A stretch of 64,000 nucleotides of DNA, from positions 269,116 through 333,115 of the IMG/VR virus record IMGVR_UViG_3300032242_000723. The stretch is one strand, 5' to 3'. How positions within the stretch are numbered: the first letter of the stretch is position 1; the number at the start of each line of letters is the position of its first letter. Positions 46,767 to 56,267 of the stretch are shown piece by piece. The position numbers and the translations under genes are program-made. The notes below the pieces were generated by a model, which worked only from the letters and a program-made list of their open reading frames with translations, was not told where the DNA came from and made no database searches.

Positions 46767-46964
46767 ATGGACATCGTAATGAAAGTAATCGAAGGTTTCG
46801 GTGAAGCTGGTCGCGATACTACTGTTGATTCAAACGCTCAGTTCTATGTCAAGTTGTATAACCCTGAGTTACAGTTTGACATGTGCGGCTACGAGACGCT
46901 TGATGAAGCGATCCAAGAGCTGGAATATGCGGCCAAGATTATTGTCAAACGTAAGTTACAATAA
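46767..46964 (+). CDS. small early hypothetical protein
   Basis: 65 aa following the cassette RBS. Confidence 0.7.
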   Translation: MDIVMKVIEGFGEAGRDTTVDSNAQFYVKLYNPELQFDMCGYETLDEAIQELEYAAKIIVKRKLQ

Positions 46965-46968
46965 CAGT

Positions 46969-46997
46969 TGACATTAATACATCATGGATGTATAGTG
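46969..46997 (+). promoter_or_regulatory. sigma70-type early promoter
   Basis: TTGACA-N17-TATAGT upstream of GGAG RBS. Confidence 0.75.
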
Positions 46998-47027
46998 TAT
47001 AAGTAGAGTCGGAAAACGGAGACTAAC

Positions 47028-48281
47028 ATGGCCATTCGTGCTAAGAAAACACTCATTCGCAAAACCCCAGCTAAGGCACCTAAGGGTCCTCGTAAGGTTG
47101 GCATGGCAGCGATCTCAACCAACCTACTTGTCAAGGATTTGCGTCCTAAAGACGCTGACCTCACTCACTATGGTACTGAGCCAAACTTTTCTGAAGGTCA
47201 ACCTGAGTCAGAGAAGCGTAACCTGGCAGTGAACCTAGCATACAACTGGTACTCACACTTCTATGGTCCCAAGGAAGCGAAGGATTTCTTGGCACAATAT
47301 CTTGACGCGAAGGATCCAGCTAAGGCTAAGATCGTCCGTCGTGCTCCTGACAATCAAGTGATCCCAACATATGGCTTTACCGCTCGTATGGCATCGCGTG
47401 GACTTGAGTTGAATGAGCGTGAAATCGCAAACATCACTAAGCAAGTTGACAAGCTGGTCAATGCAGTGAGTGCCGAGGCAAAGGCTGCTAAGAAGGCAGA
47501 AGCCGAACTCAGTAAGAAGGTGCAACGTCCTAGCATTCAAGAAATCATGCGTGAAAAGGCAGACGAAGCTGGTAGTGAGATTGAAGCAATCTGGGACGAG
47601 TATCTGGATGCGAATAAGCCTAAGGATTTCTCGGTCACTCGTCGCATTATCAACGAACTACAGTCACGCAATGTTCTTCCGCAACATATCGCACCAATGA
47701 TCCGTCGTTGGGAGCGTTTGCGTGACGAATATCTTGAGGTTCAAGCTGGTAAGTGCCCGCAACTCAATGAAGCATATTCGGACTATACCAAGATGCAGGT
47801 TCGTAATGCGATCAAGCTGGTCGAAGAAATCATCGCAGAGTTCAATGGTTACATCTCGCTCAAGCAAGCGGTCAAGAAGGTTCGTGTTAAGAAGCCTGTC
47901 CCGGTAGAAAAGGTTGTATCAAAACTTAAGTTCTGTCGGTCATTCACTGACACTGTTCTCAAGTTGGAACTGGTCGGCTTGCATCCTGTTAAACTACACA
48001 ATGCGACAGAGGCTTTTGTATATGATACACAGAAGCGTAAACTTATCTGGTTAGTTGCCGACGATTACAGCAAGTGTTTGTTTGTTAAGGGCAACACCGT
48101 GCTAGGATTTGATACGAAAAAGAGCATGAGCAAAACTATTCGTAAGCCAGGAGAGTTTTTGGCAGCGTTTAACAAGGCAAGTAGGCCTGCTATTCGTAAA
48201 ATGGTTGGAGATATCAAGTCTGTTGTCGCGGTACCTAATGGACGATTCAACGACAAAATGATAATCCTTAAGGTGTGGTGA
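47028..48281 (+). CDS. basic early hypothetical protein
   Basis: 417 aa with K/R/P/A-rich N-terminus. Confidence 0.75.
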   Translation: MAIRAKKTLIRKTPAKAPKGPRKVGMAAISTNLLVKDLRPKDADLTHYGTEPNFSEGQPESEKRNLAVNLAYNWYSHFYGPKEAKDFLAQYLDAKDPAKAKIVRRAPDNQVIPTYGFTARMASRGLELNEREIANITKQVDKLVNAVSAEAKAAKKAEAELSKKVQRPSIQEIMREKADEAGSEIEAIWDEYLDANKPKDFSVTRRIINELQSRNVLPQHIAPMIRRWERLRDEYLEVQAGKCPQLNEAYSDYTKMQVRNAIKLVEEIIAEFNGYISLKQAVKKVRVKKPVPVEKVVSKLKFCRSFTDTVLKLELVGLHPVKLHNATEAFVYDTQKRKLIWLVADDYSKCLFVKGNTVLGFDTKKSMSKTIRKPGEFLAAFNKASRPAIRKMVGDIKSVVAVPNGRFNDKMIILKVW

Positions 48282-48329
48282 TATACCAACCCTTGCACTA
48301 ATAAACTAAAGATTTTAAAAAGGAAAAAA

Positions 48330-48737
48330 ATGACTATCAGTTTAAACAAATATGCCGACTTCGTTCTCACAGTAGCATCACCAGAGAGCAAAGACTTCAC
48401 TTCATTCGTAGATCATATTGATCGTCTTGATCAAGATACAAATGTAAACATTCCATTGCTAATGACTGCTGCTATCGGTCTCGGTAGCGAAGGTGGTGAG
48501 TTTCAGGAAATCGTCAAGAAGGTCTTGTTCCAGGGCAAGCCACTTAACGAAGAAAACATCTTCCATCTTAAGCGTGAACTAGGCGACATCATCTGGTATT
48601 GGGCAAATGCATGTAACGCACTTGGTCTTGATCCTGATGAGGTTATCGCAGAGAATGTCAAGAAGTTGGAAGCACGATATCCAGGGGGCGTGTTTGACCC
48701 GCACTACAGCGAGAACCGTAAGGAAGGTGATCTATGA
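48330..48737 (+). CDS. mazG: MazG-like nucleotide pyrophosphohydrolase
   Basis: GLGSEGGEFQEIVKK, ELGDIIWY, NVKKLEARYP. Confidence 0.9.
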   Translation: MTISLNKYADFVLTVASPESKDFTSFVDHIDRLDQDTNVNIPLLMTAAIGLGSEGGEFQEIVKKVLFQGKPLNEENIFHLKRELGDIIWYWANACNALGLDPDEVIAENVKKLEARYPGGVFDPHYSENRKEGDL

Positions 48738-48943
48738 ACTCTATGCTAGCACCTTTTCTCGGGGGTATTTTCTGTAGCATGTTACTGGGATTTGCCATTG
48801 GTCATGAGACAGGCAAGCAGATAGGTAAAGCCCAACTACAAGAAATGGCGATACAGCGTAATGTCGCTCAGTACAATCCAAAAACTGCTGACTTTGAGTT
48901 CAAGCGTTGTCCAACTGATACTACTACGATCTTGCCTAACTAA
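48734..48943 (+). CDS. small membrane-anchored protein
   Basis: N-terminal hydrophobic helix. Confidence 0.55.
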   Translation: MNSMLAPFLGGIFCSMLLGFAIGHETGKQIGKAQLQEMAIQRNVAQYNPKTADFEFKRCPTDTTTILPN

Positions 48944-48987
48944 TAGTCAGTGCGTTTCCTGATAAATAACATTGACAGGAAACGCAC

Positions 48988-49773
48988 ATGACCGCAAACA
49001 TTTTATCAACACCAACTAATCTCAACCTTGAAGAAATCAAAGAAGCATTCTTTGAGAATGTCCGTCTACGATTGGGCGGTGGCATCATTGACCTTGAGTT
49101 AGATCCAGAGCACTATGAAGCAGCATATAACTATGCTATCAAGGTCTACAGACAACGTGCTCAGAACGCGACACAAGAGACGTATACTTTGATGACAGTT
49201 ATCAAGAATGTTGACACATACACGCTTCCTAGCGACTTTATCAATGTACGCTCACTGTTTAGACGCACAGTAGGTCTTGAGACTGGTCCAGGTGCATCGT
49301 CGTTTGACCCATTCTCAAGTGCGATTCTCAACACCTATCTGTTGAACTACAATGCATCGGGCGGACTTGCGACATATGACTTCTACGCTGGCTATGTTGA
49401 GTTAGCAGCACGAATGTTCGGTGGATATGTAACATATACATTTGATCCCGTTACCAAGGTATTGCGTGTTGTAAGAGACTTTAAGAGCACTGGTGAGAAG
49501 ATACTTATCTGGGCTGACATTCAACGACCTGAAGTGGTATTGCTTCAAGATCCAGGTGCTGGTGTTTGGATTGCTGACTTTGTGATCGCGATTCTAAAGG
49601 GCATCATTGGTGAAGCTCGTGAGAAGTTTGGAACCATCGCAGGTCCAGGTGGCGGCACATCATTGAACGGTACAGCGATGAAAGCAGAGTCAAAGGCTAT
49701 GCAGGAAGCACTGCTTCTTGATCTCAAGAACTATGTGGACCTATCGCAACCCCTGACATGGATTCAAGGTTGA
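48988..49773 (+). CDS. neck/head-to-tail adaptor (T4 gp13-like)
   Basis: VRLRLGGGIIDLELDPEHYEAAYNYAI resembles gp13 N-terminus; GEAREKF..GPGGGTSLNG; TAAATA 48963. Confidence 0.75.
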   Translation: MTANILSTPTNLNLEEIKEAFFENVRLRLGGGIIDLELDPEHYEAAYNYAIKVYRQRAQNATQETYTLMTVIKNVDTYTLPSDFINVRSLFRRTVGLETGPGASSFDPFSSAILNTYLLNYNASGGLATYDFYAGYVELAARMFGGYVTYTFDPVTKVLRVVRDFKSTGEKILIWADIQRPEVVLLQDPGAGVWIADFVIAILKGIIGEAREKFGTIAGPGGGTSLNGTAMKAESKAMQEALLLDLKNYVDLSQPLTWIQG

Positions 49774-49810
49774 TTTAACCTGGATTCACGGATAAGGACT
49801 AAATACAAGT

Positions 49811-50647
49811 ATGAAAAACATACTTGAAACCCTGATCGCCAGCGACACTAGTTACAACAAGTCAGTGACACGCTATCTTTATAAGACTGACCCAGTATTA
49901 TGGAGTCAGGTGGTAGAGGCTACTTCCTTCTTACCGGATGACGCTAAACCGAAACAACGAGTTTGGCACATTCTTAATGATAGATATGATATAGAAACTT
50001 GCCCGATTACTCAGGAACCACTTCGCTGGAATGAGAAGGATTATCGCAGGTTCTCATCTTTTGATGCTAAGAAAAAGGGCATCGGACAGATAATCAGTAA
50101 GGCAACTACCGGAAATCACTGGCGACAAAAGGATACCAAAAAGTCCGAAACAGCGAATACAAAGTTCTCTGAAGGCTTTCGCGACGGCAAACATAAACCT
50201 TGGGAAGACCGTAACAGAGATTATAAATCAAGTTTGGCGGCGGCAAGAAAAACTTGGATGGAAAAGTATGGAGTAGACAATCCATCTAAACATCCTTCTA
50301 TAAAACAAAAACTGTCGGACAAAAACAAAGAGTGGCAGGCACTGAATCCAAAAGACAGAACTCTTATGGAAGAATATTACATTGCGGTTAGGTTGGTTAC
50401 TAATAGAAACTGGTACGAACATTTTTATACCATTAACCCTGAACGACTACAAAGAAGCAGGGACCTGCATCTTGATCATATATACAGTATAGCAGAAGGT
50501 TTTGTCAATAATATCCCTCCCGAAATCATCGGTCACTGGACCAATCTAAGGTTGTTACCTAAGTTGGAAAACTCAAGTAAGGGTGCAGGTTGCCACAAAA
50601 CTAAAGAACAACTTTATGAAGACTACAGCAAAGAGGCACAAGGCTAA
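49811..50647 (+). CDS. putative HNH-type homing endonuclease
   Basis: EKYGVDNPSK module; LHLDHIYSI...HWTNLRLLPKLENSSKG; TAAATA-caagt-ATG. Confidence 0.65.
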   Translation: MKNILETLIASDTSYNKSVTRYLYKTDPVLWSQVVEATSFLPDDAKPKQRVWHILNDRYDIETCPITQEPLRWNEKDYRRFSSFDAKKKGIGQIISKATTGNHWRQKDTKKSETANTKFSEGFRDGKHKPWEDRNRDYKSSLAAARKTWMEKYGVDNPSKHPSIKQKLSDKNKEWQALNPKDRTLMEEYYIAVRLVTNRNWYEHFYTINPERLQRSRDLHLDHIYSIAEGFVNNIPPEIIGHWTNLRLLPKLENSSKGAGCHKTKEQLYEDYSKEAQG

Positions 50648-50648
50648 T

Positions 50649-50804
50649 ATGTCTGACGAAAAACAAACAATCTTCAACCTCATTGAATCTCTCAACAATC
50701 AAATCGCTGCTGGAACACTGACTCCAGAAGAAATCGCAGACACACGAGACGAAATCAAAAGTCTTCAAATGAGTGTGTTATTAGGTGATATTTTTAACGA
50801 TTAA
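50649..50804 (+). CDS. small hypothetical protein
   Basis: ATG 50649 in frame with track ORF 50583. Confidence 0.45.
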   Translation: MSDEKQTIFNLIESLNNQIAAGTLTPEEIADTRDEIKSLQMSVLLGDIFND

Positions 50805-50807
50805 CGC

Positions 50808-50836
50808 TTGACATTCAACCAACCCTGTAGTATGAT
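50808..50836 (+). promoter_or_regulatory. sigma70-type promoter, 6 nt before ATG 50843
   Basis: cTTGACA-N17-TATGAT-acaaga-ATG. Confidence 0.8.
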
Positions 50837-50842
50837 ACAAGA

Positions 50843-51475
50843 ATGATTATAGGAATTACAGGTCTGATTGGCTCAGGCAAGGACACCGCAGCAGATTATC
50901 TCTGCACTGTACATGGCTTCAAGCGTATGAGTTTTGCTGGTACATTAAAGGATGCTGTTGCGGCAGTCTTTGGCTGGGATCGTGAACTTCTTGAAGGTTC
51001 AACTAAACATAGCCGAGAATGGCGTGAGCAAGTTGACGAATGGTGGGCGAACCGTTTAGGTATCCCTGATCTTACTCCACGCTATATCCTACAACAATGG
51101 GGCACAGAAGTTTGCCGCAAAGGATTTCACAACGACATTTGGGTCTCATCAGTGGAATATCGTTTGCGTAATATCACTGACAATGTAGTCATCACTGATT
51201 GTCGGTTCCCTAATGAACTTAATGCTATCAAAAGTGCGAATGGTATCACGGTACGAACGCATCGCGGACCAAATCCTGAATGGTTAGATTACGCAGAAAC
51301 CTTAAACACTGCTATAAAAGAAGCAGAAAAGATTTATTGTAAGTATCAACTTGAAAAGTTCAATGTTCATGCGAGTGAGTATTCCAGCGTTGGTCTAACT
51401 TATGACTACCACCTCGACAACAACAATACCATCGATAGTCTACATCAACAGATTGAATCAATAATCAATCGTTAG
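50843..51475 (+). CDS. deoxynucleoside monophosphate kinase (T4 gp1-like)
   Basis: GLIGSGKDT, FAGTLKD, TPRYILQQWGTE, TDCRFPNE. Confidence 0.9.
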   Translation: MIIGITGLIGSGKDTAADYLCTVHGFKRMSFAGTLKDAVAAVFGWDRELLEGSTKHSREWREQVDEWWANRLGIPDLTPRYILQQWGTEVCRKGFHNDIWVSSVEYRLRNITDNVVITDCRFPNELNAIKSANGITVRTHRGPNPEWLDYAETLNTAIKEAEKIYCKYQLEKFNVHASEYSSVGLTYDYHLDNNNTIDSLHQQIESIINR

Positions 51476-51811
51476 ATCGCCACGCTTCCACTTCACGTCT
51501 TTTCTCTTTACAACTTCCACACAGTTGAGGCATATTGTCCTTAGGTTGGTCAATGCTGCATTAAGCAAACTGCCATCAATATGAAACACTACCATCTGAG
51601 TAGGATATAGACACTTAAAGCCACATAGGTCACATGTGGCTTTTTTCTTGTATCCAGATTTTTCCCAAGTAGCCATATTTGCTTTAGTCTTGGGCTTCTT
51701 TTTCCCACAGCCGTCACATATACTACGATAATGAGTAACGCCATCACGCTTATAGTTGATGGCGCAATAACTCTTATTGCAAGTCTTACATATCGGTCTT
51801 TTCAGTGCCAT
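51458..51811 (-). CDS. Zn-binding HNH-like protein
   Basis: CxxC pairs; VFHIDGSLLNAALTNLRTICLNC; reverse TATAAATA 4 nt before ATG. Confidence 0.6.
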   Translation of the reverse strand: MALKRPICKTCNKSYCAINYKRDGVTHYRSICDGCGKKKPKTKANMATWEKSGYKKKATCDLCGFKCLYPTQMVVFHIDGSLLNAALTNLRTICLNCVEVVKRKDVKWKRGDLTIDY

Positions 51812-51961
51812 CTTGTATTTATATTCCTGCCTTCGAAGGTTCAGGTAACCACCAGATAACCACGGTTTTTTTAATTTAATAATAAATAGATATTAGAAAC
51901 ATGCAACCACAACGCATGTGACAGGTAGTAAACCTCATAATTTTACAAAGGGAAAAACATT

Positions 51962-54900
51962 ATGGCACTAGTATCACCGGGCGTAGAAGTAACGATCATT
52001 GATCAATCTCAGTATCTTCCAGCACCGCTCAATTCAATTCCTTTAATTCTGCTTGCAACAGCACAGAATAAGGCAGATCCAACTTCTACTGCTGTAGCAG
52101 CAGGCACAACAGCCGCAAATGCCGGTAAGCTCTTTCAAATTACTAGTCAACGCGATCTTGTTTCACTCTACGGTAATCCATTCTTCTATACTACTTCAAA
52201 CGGAACTCCTATTCAGGGTTATGAACTCAATGAATATGGTCTTCTTGCTGCTTACTCAGCACTTGGTGTTTCAAATCGCGTATATTGCTTAAGAGCGGAT
52301 ATCGATCTTGCTGCACTTGTTGGTCAAACAGGCCGCCCAACTGGTAATCCTGCTGACGGTACTTGGTGGTTGAATACAACTACCACAACTTGGGGTATCT
52401 ATGAATTTAACCAAGTAACTGGTCAGTTTGAGATCGTAACTCCAATCGTGATCACTGACTCTGCTATGATCTCGGCTGGTTTCCCACTTGCTAGCATCGG
52501 CTCGATTGGTGATTATGCAATCAACGCTATTCCAACTTACTCCTATGCAAGTTCGCCGTCTGCACATACATATTTCTACAAGACTCCAACTAACACATGG
52601 GTAGCAGTAGGTAGTGCAGGTTGGATGAAATCTTACCCAACAATTCAGGGTACAGCATCAAACCCAGACCTTACTCCAGGTGACACACTAACCATTACTA
52701 TTAACAATGGTAGTGCAGTGACAGTAACTGTTGCAGCAGGTCCAAACGATGTTGTTTCTGTTCTTGCAGCATCAATTAACGCATTGAATAACACGTATCT
52801 TAGTGCAAGTGTTGTCGGTGGAAAGCTTCAAATCTTCTCATCACAAACAGGTTGGAATTATACATTAGCAACTCCACCTGGTATTGCAATTTCAGGTACT
52901 GGAACTCTTCTTGCTGATTTAGGTATCACATCAGGTACATATTATCAGCCTACATTGGCATATGGTACTTCTGCTGAACAGCCACTATGGCAAACAGGTC
53001 AAACATATCCTAGACCAACTGGTTCAGTATGGATCAAGGTCGGCGCTGCTGGCACTGGACTAGACACTTCAATATCTCAGTGGAATAGCTTGAATGCGAC
53101 TTGGAGTCCAAAAACTGCAAGTTATGCGATTACTGACTGGAACGCAATTGCAGCACTTGATGCAACAGGTGGTAAGGCAATTCCAGCAGGTTCAGTTTAT
53201 ACTCAATATGGTTACGACTACAGTGGATCAACTACTCCTGCTCCCCTCTATTATTGGGAAAGAATCGCACAAGGTGCAACCATCATAACTGGCACTAATA
53301 TTGCACCGTCTTTCACTAATGGTCCATATAATTCTACAGTTCTAGTATCTATTCCTGGATCAGAAGGCTTAAGTTCAGCCTATCCAATAACTCTTGCCGA
53401 TAACACTAATGCAACTGACTTTGTAACAGCTTGGTCAGCAGCAGGTATCCCCTTCACTTCTGCTACTGTACTAGATACTGGTGCAATTCAGATTACTCAT
53501 AATGAGGGCGGAGTTATCATCATCAATGATATTAGTTCTTCAACTGGATTTAGTAATGGACTAAGCGCCGATGCAGGCTTTGTTGTAGGAACAACTCAAG
53601 GTGTCAAAGAAGGTCTATTCAGTACTACGGTATTTCAACCTACTGCAACATCAACTAGTGGCGTAGGCAGCGGCCTTCGAATTAATGTAACAAACTATTA
53701 TCAAAATTACTTTTTGTTGAATGCTTCTTTTGTAGCAGCAGGATCTGGTTATGTTGTAGGCGACACTGTTACTTTTGCCGGAGCTAATTTAGGCGGAAGT
53801 ACTCCTGCTAATAACCTAGTTGTTAGAGTCAACTCAGTCGGCGATAGCGGCGCAGTAACCGGTATTGGATACGTTTCAGGATCCGGTGCTGCTGCTTATA
53901 CTACTCAATTGTCAAACTGGCAAGAGTTCTCTATGACTGCTAACGAAGGTGCACCAGTCAATATTCCCGACGACATGACCGATTGGTTCTATAGCGTCGT
54001 TGACGAAGTAGACATCATGGTCAACACCACTAGTGGTTGGAAGGGTTATAAAAATGTAGCTTACGGAACAACTGGTTTCCCACTTCCATCAGGCGTGAAT
54101 GCAACTGATCCTAATGGTCCAATCGTAAGTGCATCTGAGCCTACTACTCAATCTGATGGTACTGCACTTGTTGCAGGCGATATCTGGATTTCTACTGCTG
54201 ATTTGGAAAACTATCCGATCATCAGTCGTTGGCAGTTGGTAGGAACAAAGTATAAGTGGGTATTGATTGACAATGCTGACCAAACTAGCTCAAACGGCGT
54301 TCTCTTCGCGGATGCTCGTTGGGCAACTAACGGCACAACAAATCCAGCTAATGATCCGATTCCGTCAATCAAAAGCTTGCTAACTAGCAACTATCTTGAT
54401 CTAGATGCGCCGGGTCACACTCTTTACCCAGTTGGTATGCTATTGTTCAACACAAGACGTACAGGATACAATATCAAGCAGTTCCGTGTAAATTACTTTA
54501 ACAATGATCGTTTCCCTGACACAACTGCCCCTGCTGAAACTGATGCATGGGTCTCGGTATCAGGACTTCAAGCAAATGGTTCACCTTACATGGGTCGTAA
54601 GGCCCAACGTAATATGGTTGTTAAAGCATTACGAGCAACTATTGATACTAATGCTGCTATCCGTGACGAAGATAATGGGTTTAACTTGATCGCAACACCT
54701 AATTATCCTGAATTACAACCTAATATGATTGTACTCAACAACGATAGAGGAGACACTGGGTTCATCATCGGTGATACACCAATGAGACTTCCAGATGACG
54801 CAACAGCAATTCAAGCATGGGCAACTAATGCTGCTGGTGCTGAAACTACTGGTGAAGCGGGTCTTGTGTCAAGAGACACTTATATGGGTCTGTTCTATCC

Positions 54901-55534
54901 AAGTGGTATTACTTCAGACTTGAATGGTAATCTTGTTGCTGTTCCTCCTTCGCATATGATGATCAGAACATTCTTGCGTAATGATACAGTTGCTTATCCT
55001 TGGTTCGCTCCTGCAGGTACTCGTAGAGGTCTTATCGACAATGCAACTAGCATTGGTTATATCGATAGTGTCACTGGTGAATTCCAAGTCATCAAGACAA
55101 ATATCGGCATTCGTGATGTTCTTTACTCGAATCAGATTAATCCGCTTGTATTCTTCACTGGTAACGGATTGCTCAACTACGGCAACAAGACAAGCTATAA
55201 CTCATCGTCGGCACTTGACAGAGTTAACGTAGCAAGACTAGTCGCGTATGTTCGTCGTCAATTGACGCTTGCAGCAAGACCGTTTGTATTCGAACCAAAC
55301 GATGCATTAACAAGACAACAAATTTCTGGTGTTATCCAAACATTGTTTGTTGATCTCGTAGCAAAGCGTGGCGTATACGACTACTCAGTAGTATGCGATG
55401 ATTCGAATAACACTCCAGCAAGAATCGATAGAAATGAACTTTGGATCGATGTTGCACTCGAACCCGTTAAGGCGGTGGAATTCATTTATATCCCAGTTCG
55501 TATCTTAAACACTGGCGAACTAAAGAACAAGTAA
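51962..55534 (+). CDS. tail sheath protein (T4 gp18-like) with large insertion domains
   Basis: LVSPGVEV N-terminus; YPWFAPAGTRRG, NQINP, RVNVARL, FVFEPND, PVKAVEFI. Confidence 0.93.
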   Translation: MALVSPGVEVTIIDQSQYLPAPLNSIPLILLATAQNKADPTSTAVAAGTTAANAGKLFQITSQRDLVSLYGNPFFYTTSNGTPIQGYELNEYGLLAAYSALGVSNRVYCLRADIDLAALVGQTGRPTGNPADGTWWLNTTTTTWGIYEFNQVTGQFEIVTPIVITDSAMISAGFPLASIGSIGDYAINAIPTYSYASSPSAHTYFYKTPTNTWVAVGSAGWMKSYPTIQGTASNPDLTPGDTLTITINNGSAVTVTVAAGPNDVVSVLAASINALNNTYLSASVVGGKLQIFSSQTGWNYTLATPPGIAISGTGTLLADLGITSGTYYQPTLAYGTSAEQPLWQTGQTYPRPTGSVWIKVGAAGTGLDTSISQWNSLNATWSPKTASYAITDWNAIAALDATGGKAIPAGSVYTQYGYDYSGSTTPAPLYYWERIAQGATIITGTNIAPSFTNGPYNSTVLVSIPGSEGLSSAYPITLADNTNATDFVTAWSAAGIPFTSATVLDTGAIQITHNEGGVIIINDISSSTGFSNGLSADAGFVVGTTQGVKEGLFSTTVFQPTATSTSGVGSGLRINVTNYYQNYFLLNASFVAAGSGYVVGDTVTFAGANLGGSTPANNLVVRVNSVGDSGAVTGIGYVSGSGAAAYTTQLSNWQEFSMTANEGAPVNIPDDMTDWFYSVVDEVDIMVNTTSGWKGYKNVAYGTTGFPLPSGVNATDPNGPIVSASEPTTQSDGTALVAGDIWISTADLENYPIISRWQLVGTKYKWVLIDNADQTSSNGVLFADARWATNGTTNPANDPIPSIKSLLTSNYLDLDAPGHTLYPVGMLLFNTRRTGYNIKQFRVNYFNNDRFPDTTAPAETDAWVSVSGLQANGSPYMGRKAQRNMVVKALRATIDTNAAIRDEDNGFNLIATPNYPELQPNMIVLNNDRGDTGFIIGDTPMRLPDDATAIQAWATNAAGAETTGEAGLVSRDTYMGLFYPSGITSDLNGNLVAVPPSHMMIRTFLRNDTVAYPWFAPAGTRRGLIDNATSIGYIDSVTGEFQVIKTNIGIRDVLYSNQINPLVFFTGNGLLNYGNKTSYNSSSALDRVNVARLVAYVRRQLTLAARPFVFEPNDALTRQQISGVIQTLFVDLVAKRGVYDYSVVCDDSNNTPARIDRNELWIDVALEPVKAVEFIYIPVRILNTGELKNK

Positions 55535-55599
55535 TAACTTTAGGGTGAGTGCTAAACACTCACCCTAAATGATAAATATACATAACAGGAGAATATAAA

Positions 55600-56247
55600 A
55601 TGGCAACAGCCTCTCAATCACTATTCAACATGACCGTAGCATCTGATAATGCTGGTGGAAACCAAGGTCTGTTGATGCCTAAATTACAGTTTCGATTCAG
55701 AGTTAACTTTCTGAATTTCGGAGTTGGTTCTACATCCGGTCTTTCTTTGACTAAGCAGGTTATGGAAGTTTCTCGCCCTGCAGTTACCTTTGCACCAATT
55801 ACACTTAACGTTTATAATTCAACTCTCAAGCTTGCAGGTAAGCACACTTGGGCAGATATGACTTGTAAGATTCGTGACGATGCGTCAGGTAGCGTTGCTA
55901 AAGCAGTTGGCGGTCAACTACAAAAGCAAATGGACTTTGTTGAACAAGCAACTTCGGCTGCTGGTCAAGACTATAAGTTCCAAACTAACATTGAAATTTT
56001 AGACGGTGGTAATGGTACTGCTGCTCCGGTCGTACTTGAGACTTGGGAAGTATACGGTTGCTTCTTGCAGGGTGTTAACTACGATGCACTGAACTACGCA
56101 ACAAGTGACGCAGTAACAATGAGTCTTACTATTTCATACGATAATGCAATTCAAGGACCTCTTGGCTCTGGTGTAGGATCACCTATTACTCGTGTTGCAA
56201 ATGGTTCAACTGGTTCCGTAACTGGTATCGGTGGAACAACAGCTTAA
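55600..56247 (+). CDS. tail tube protein (T4 gp19-like)
   Basis: Follows sheath; KLQFRFRV, AGKHTW..IRDD, WEVYGCF, LTISYD; AGGAG RBS. Confidence 0.85.
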   Translation: MATASQSLFNMTVASDNAGGNQGLLMPKLQFRFRVNFLNFGVGSTSGLSLTKQVMEVSRPAVTFAPITLNVYNSTLKLAGKHTWADMTCKIRDDASGSVAKAVGGQLQKQMDFVEQATSAAGQDYKFQTNIEILDGGNGTAAPVVLETWEVYGCFLQGVNYDALNYATSDAVTMSLTISYDNAIQGPLGSGVGSPITRVANGSTGSVTGIGGTTA

Positions 56248-56267
56248 TATAAGGTTAAATAGTTCGT

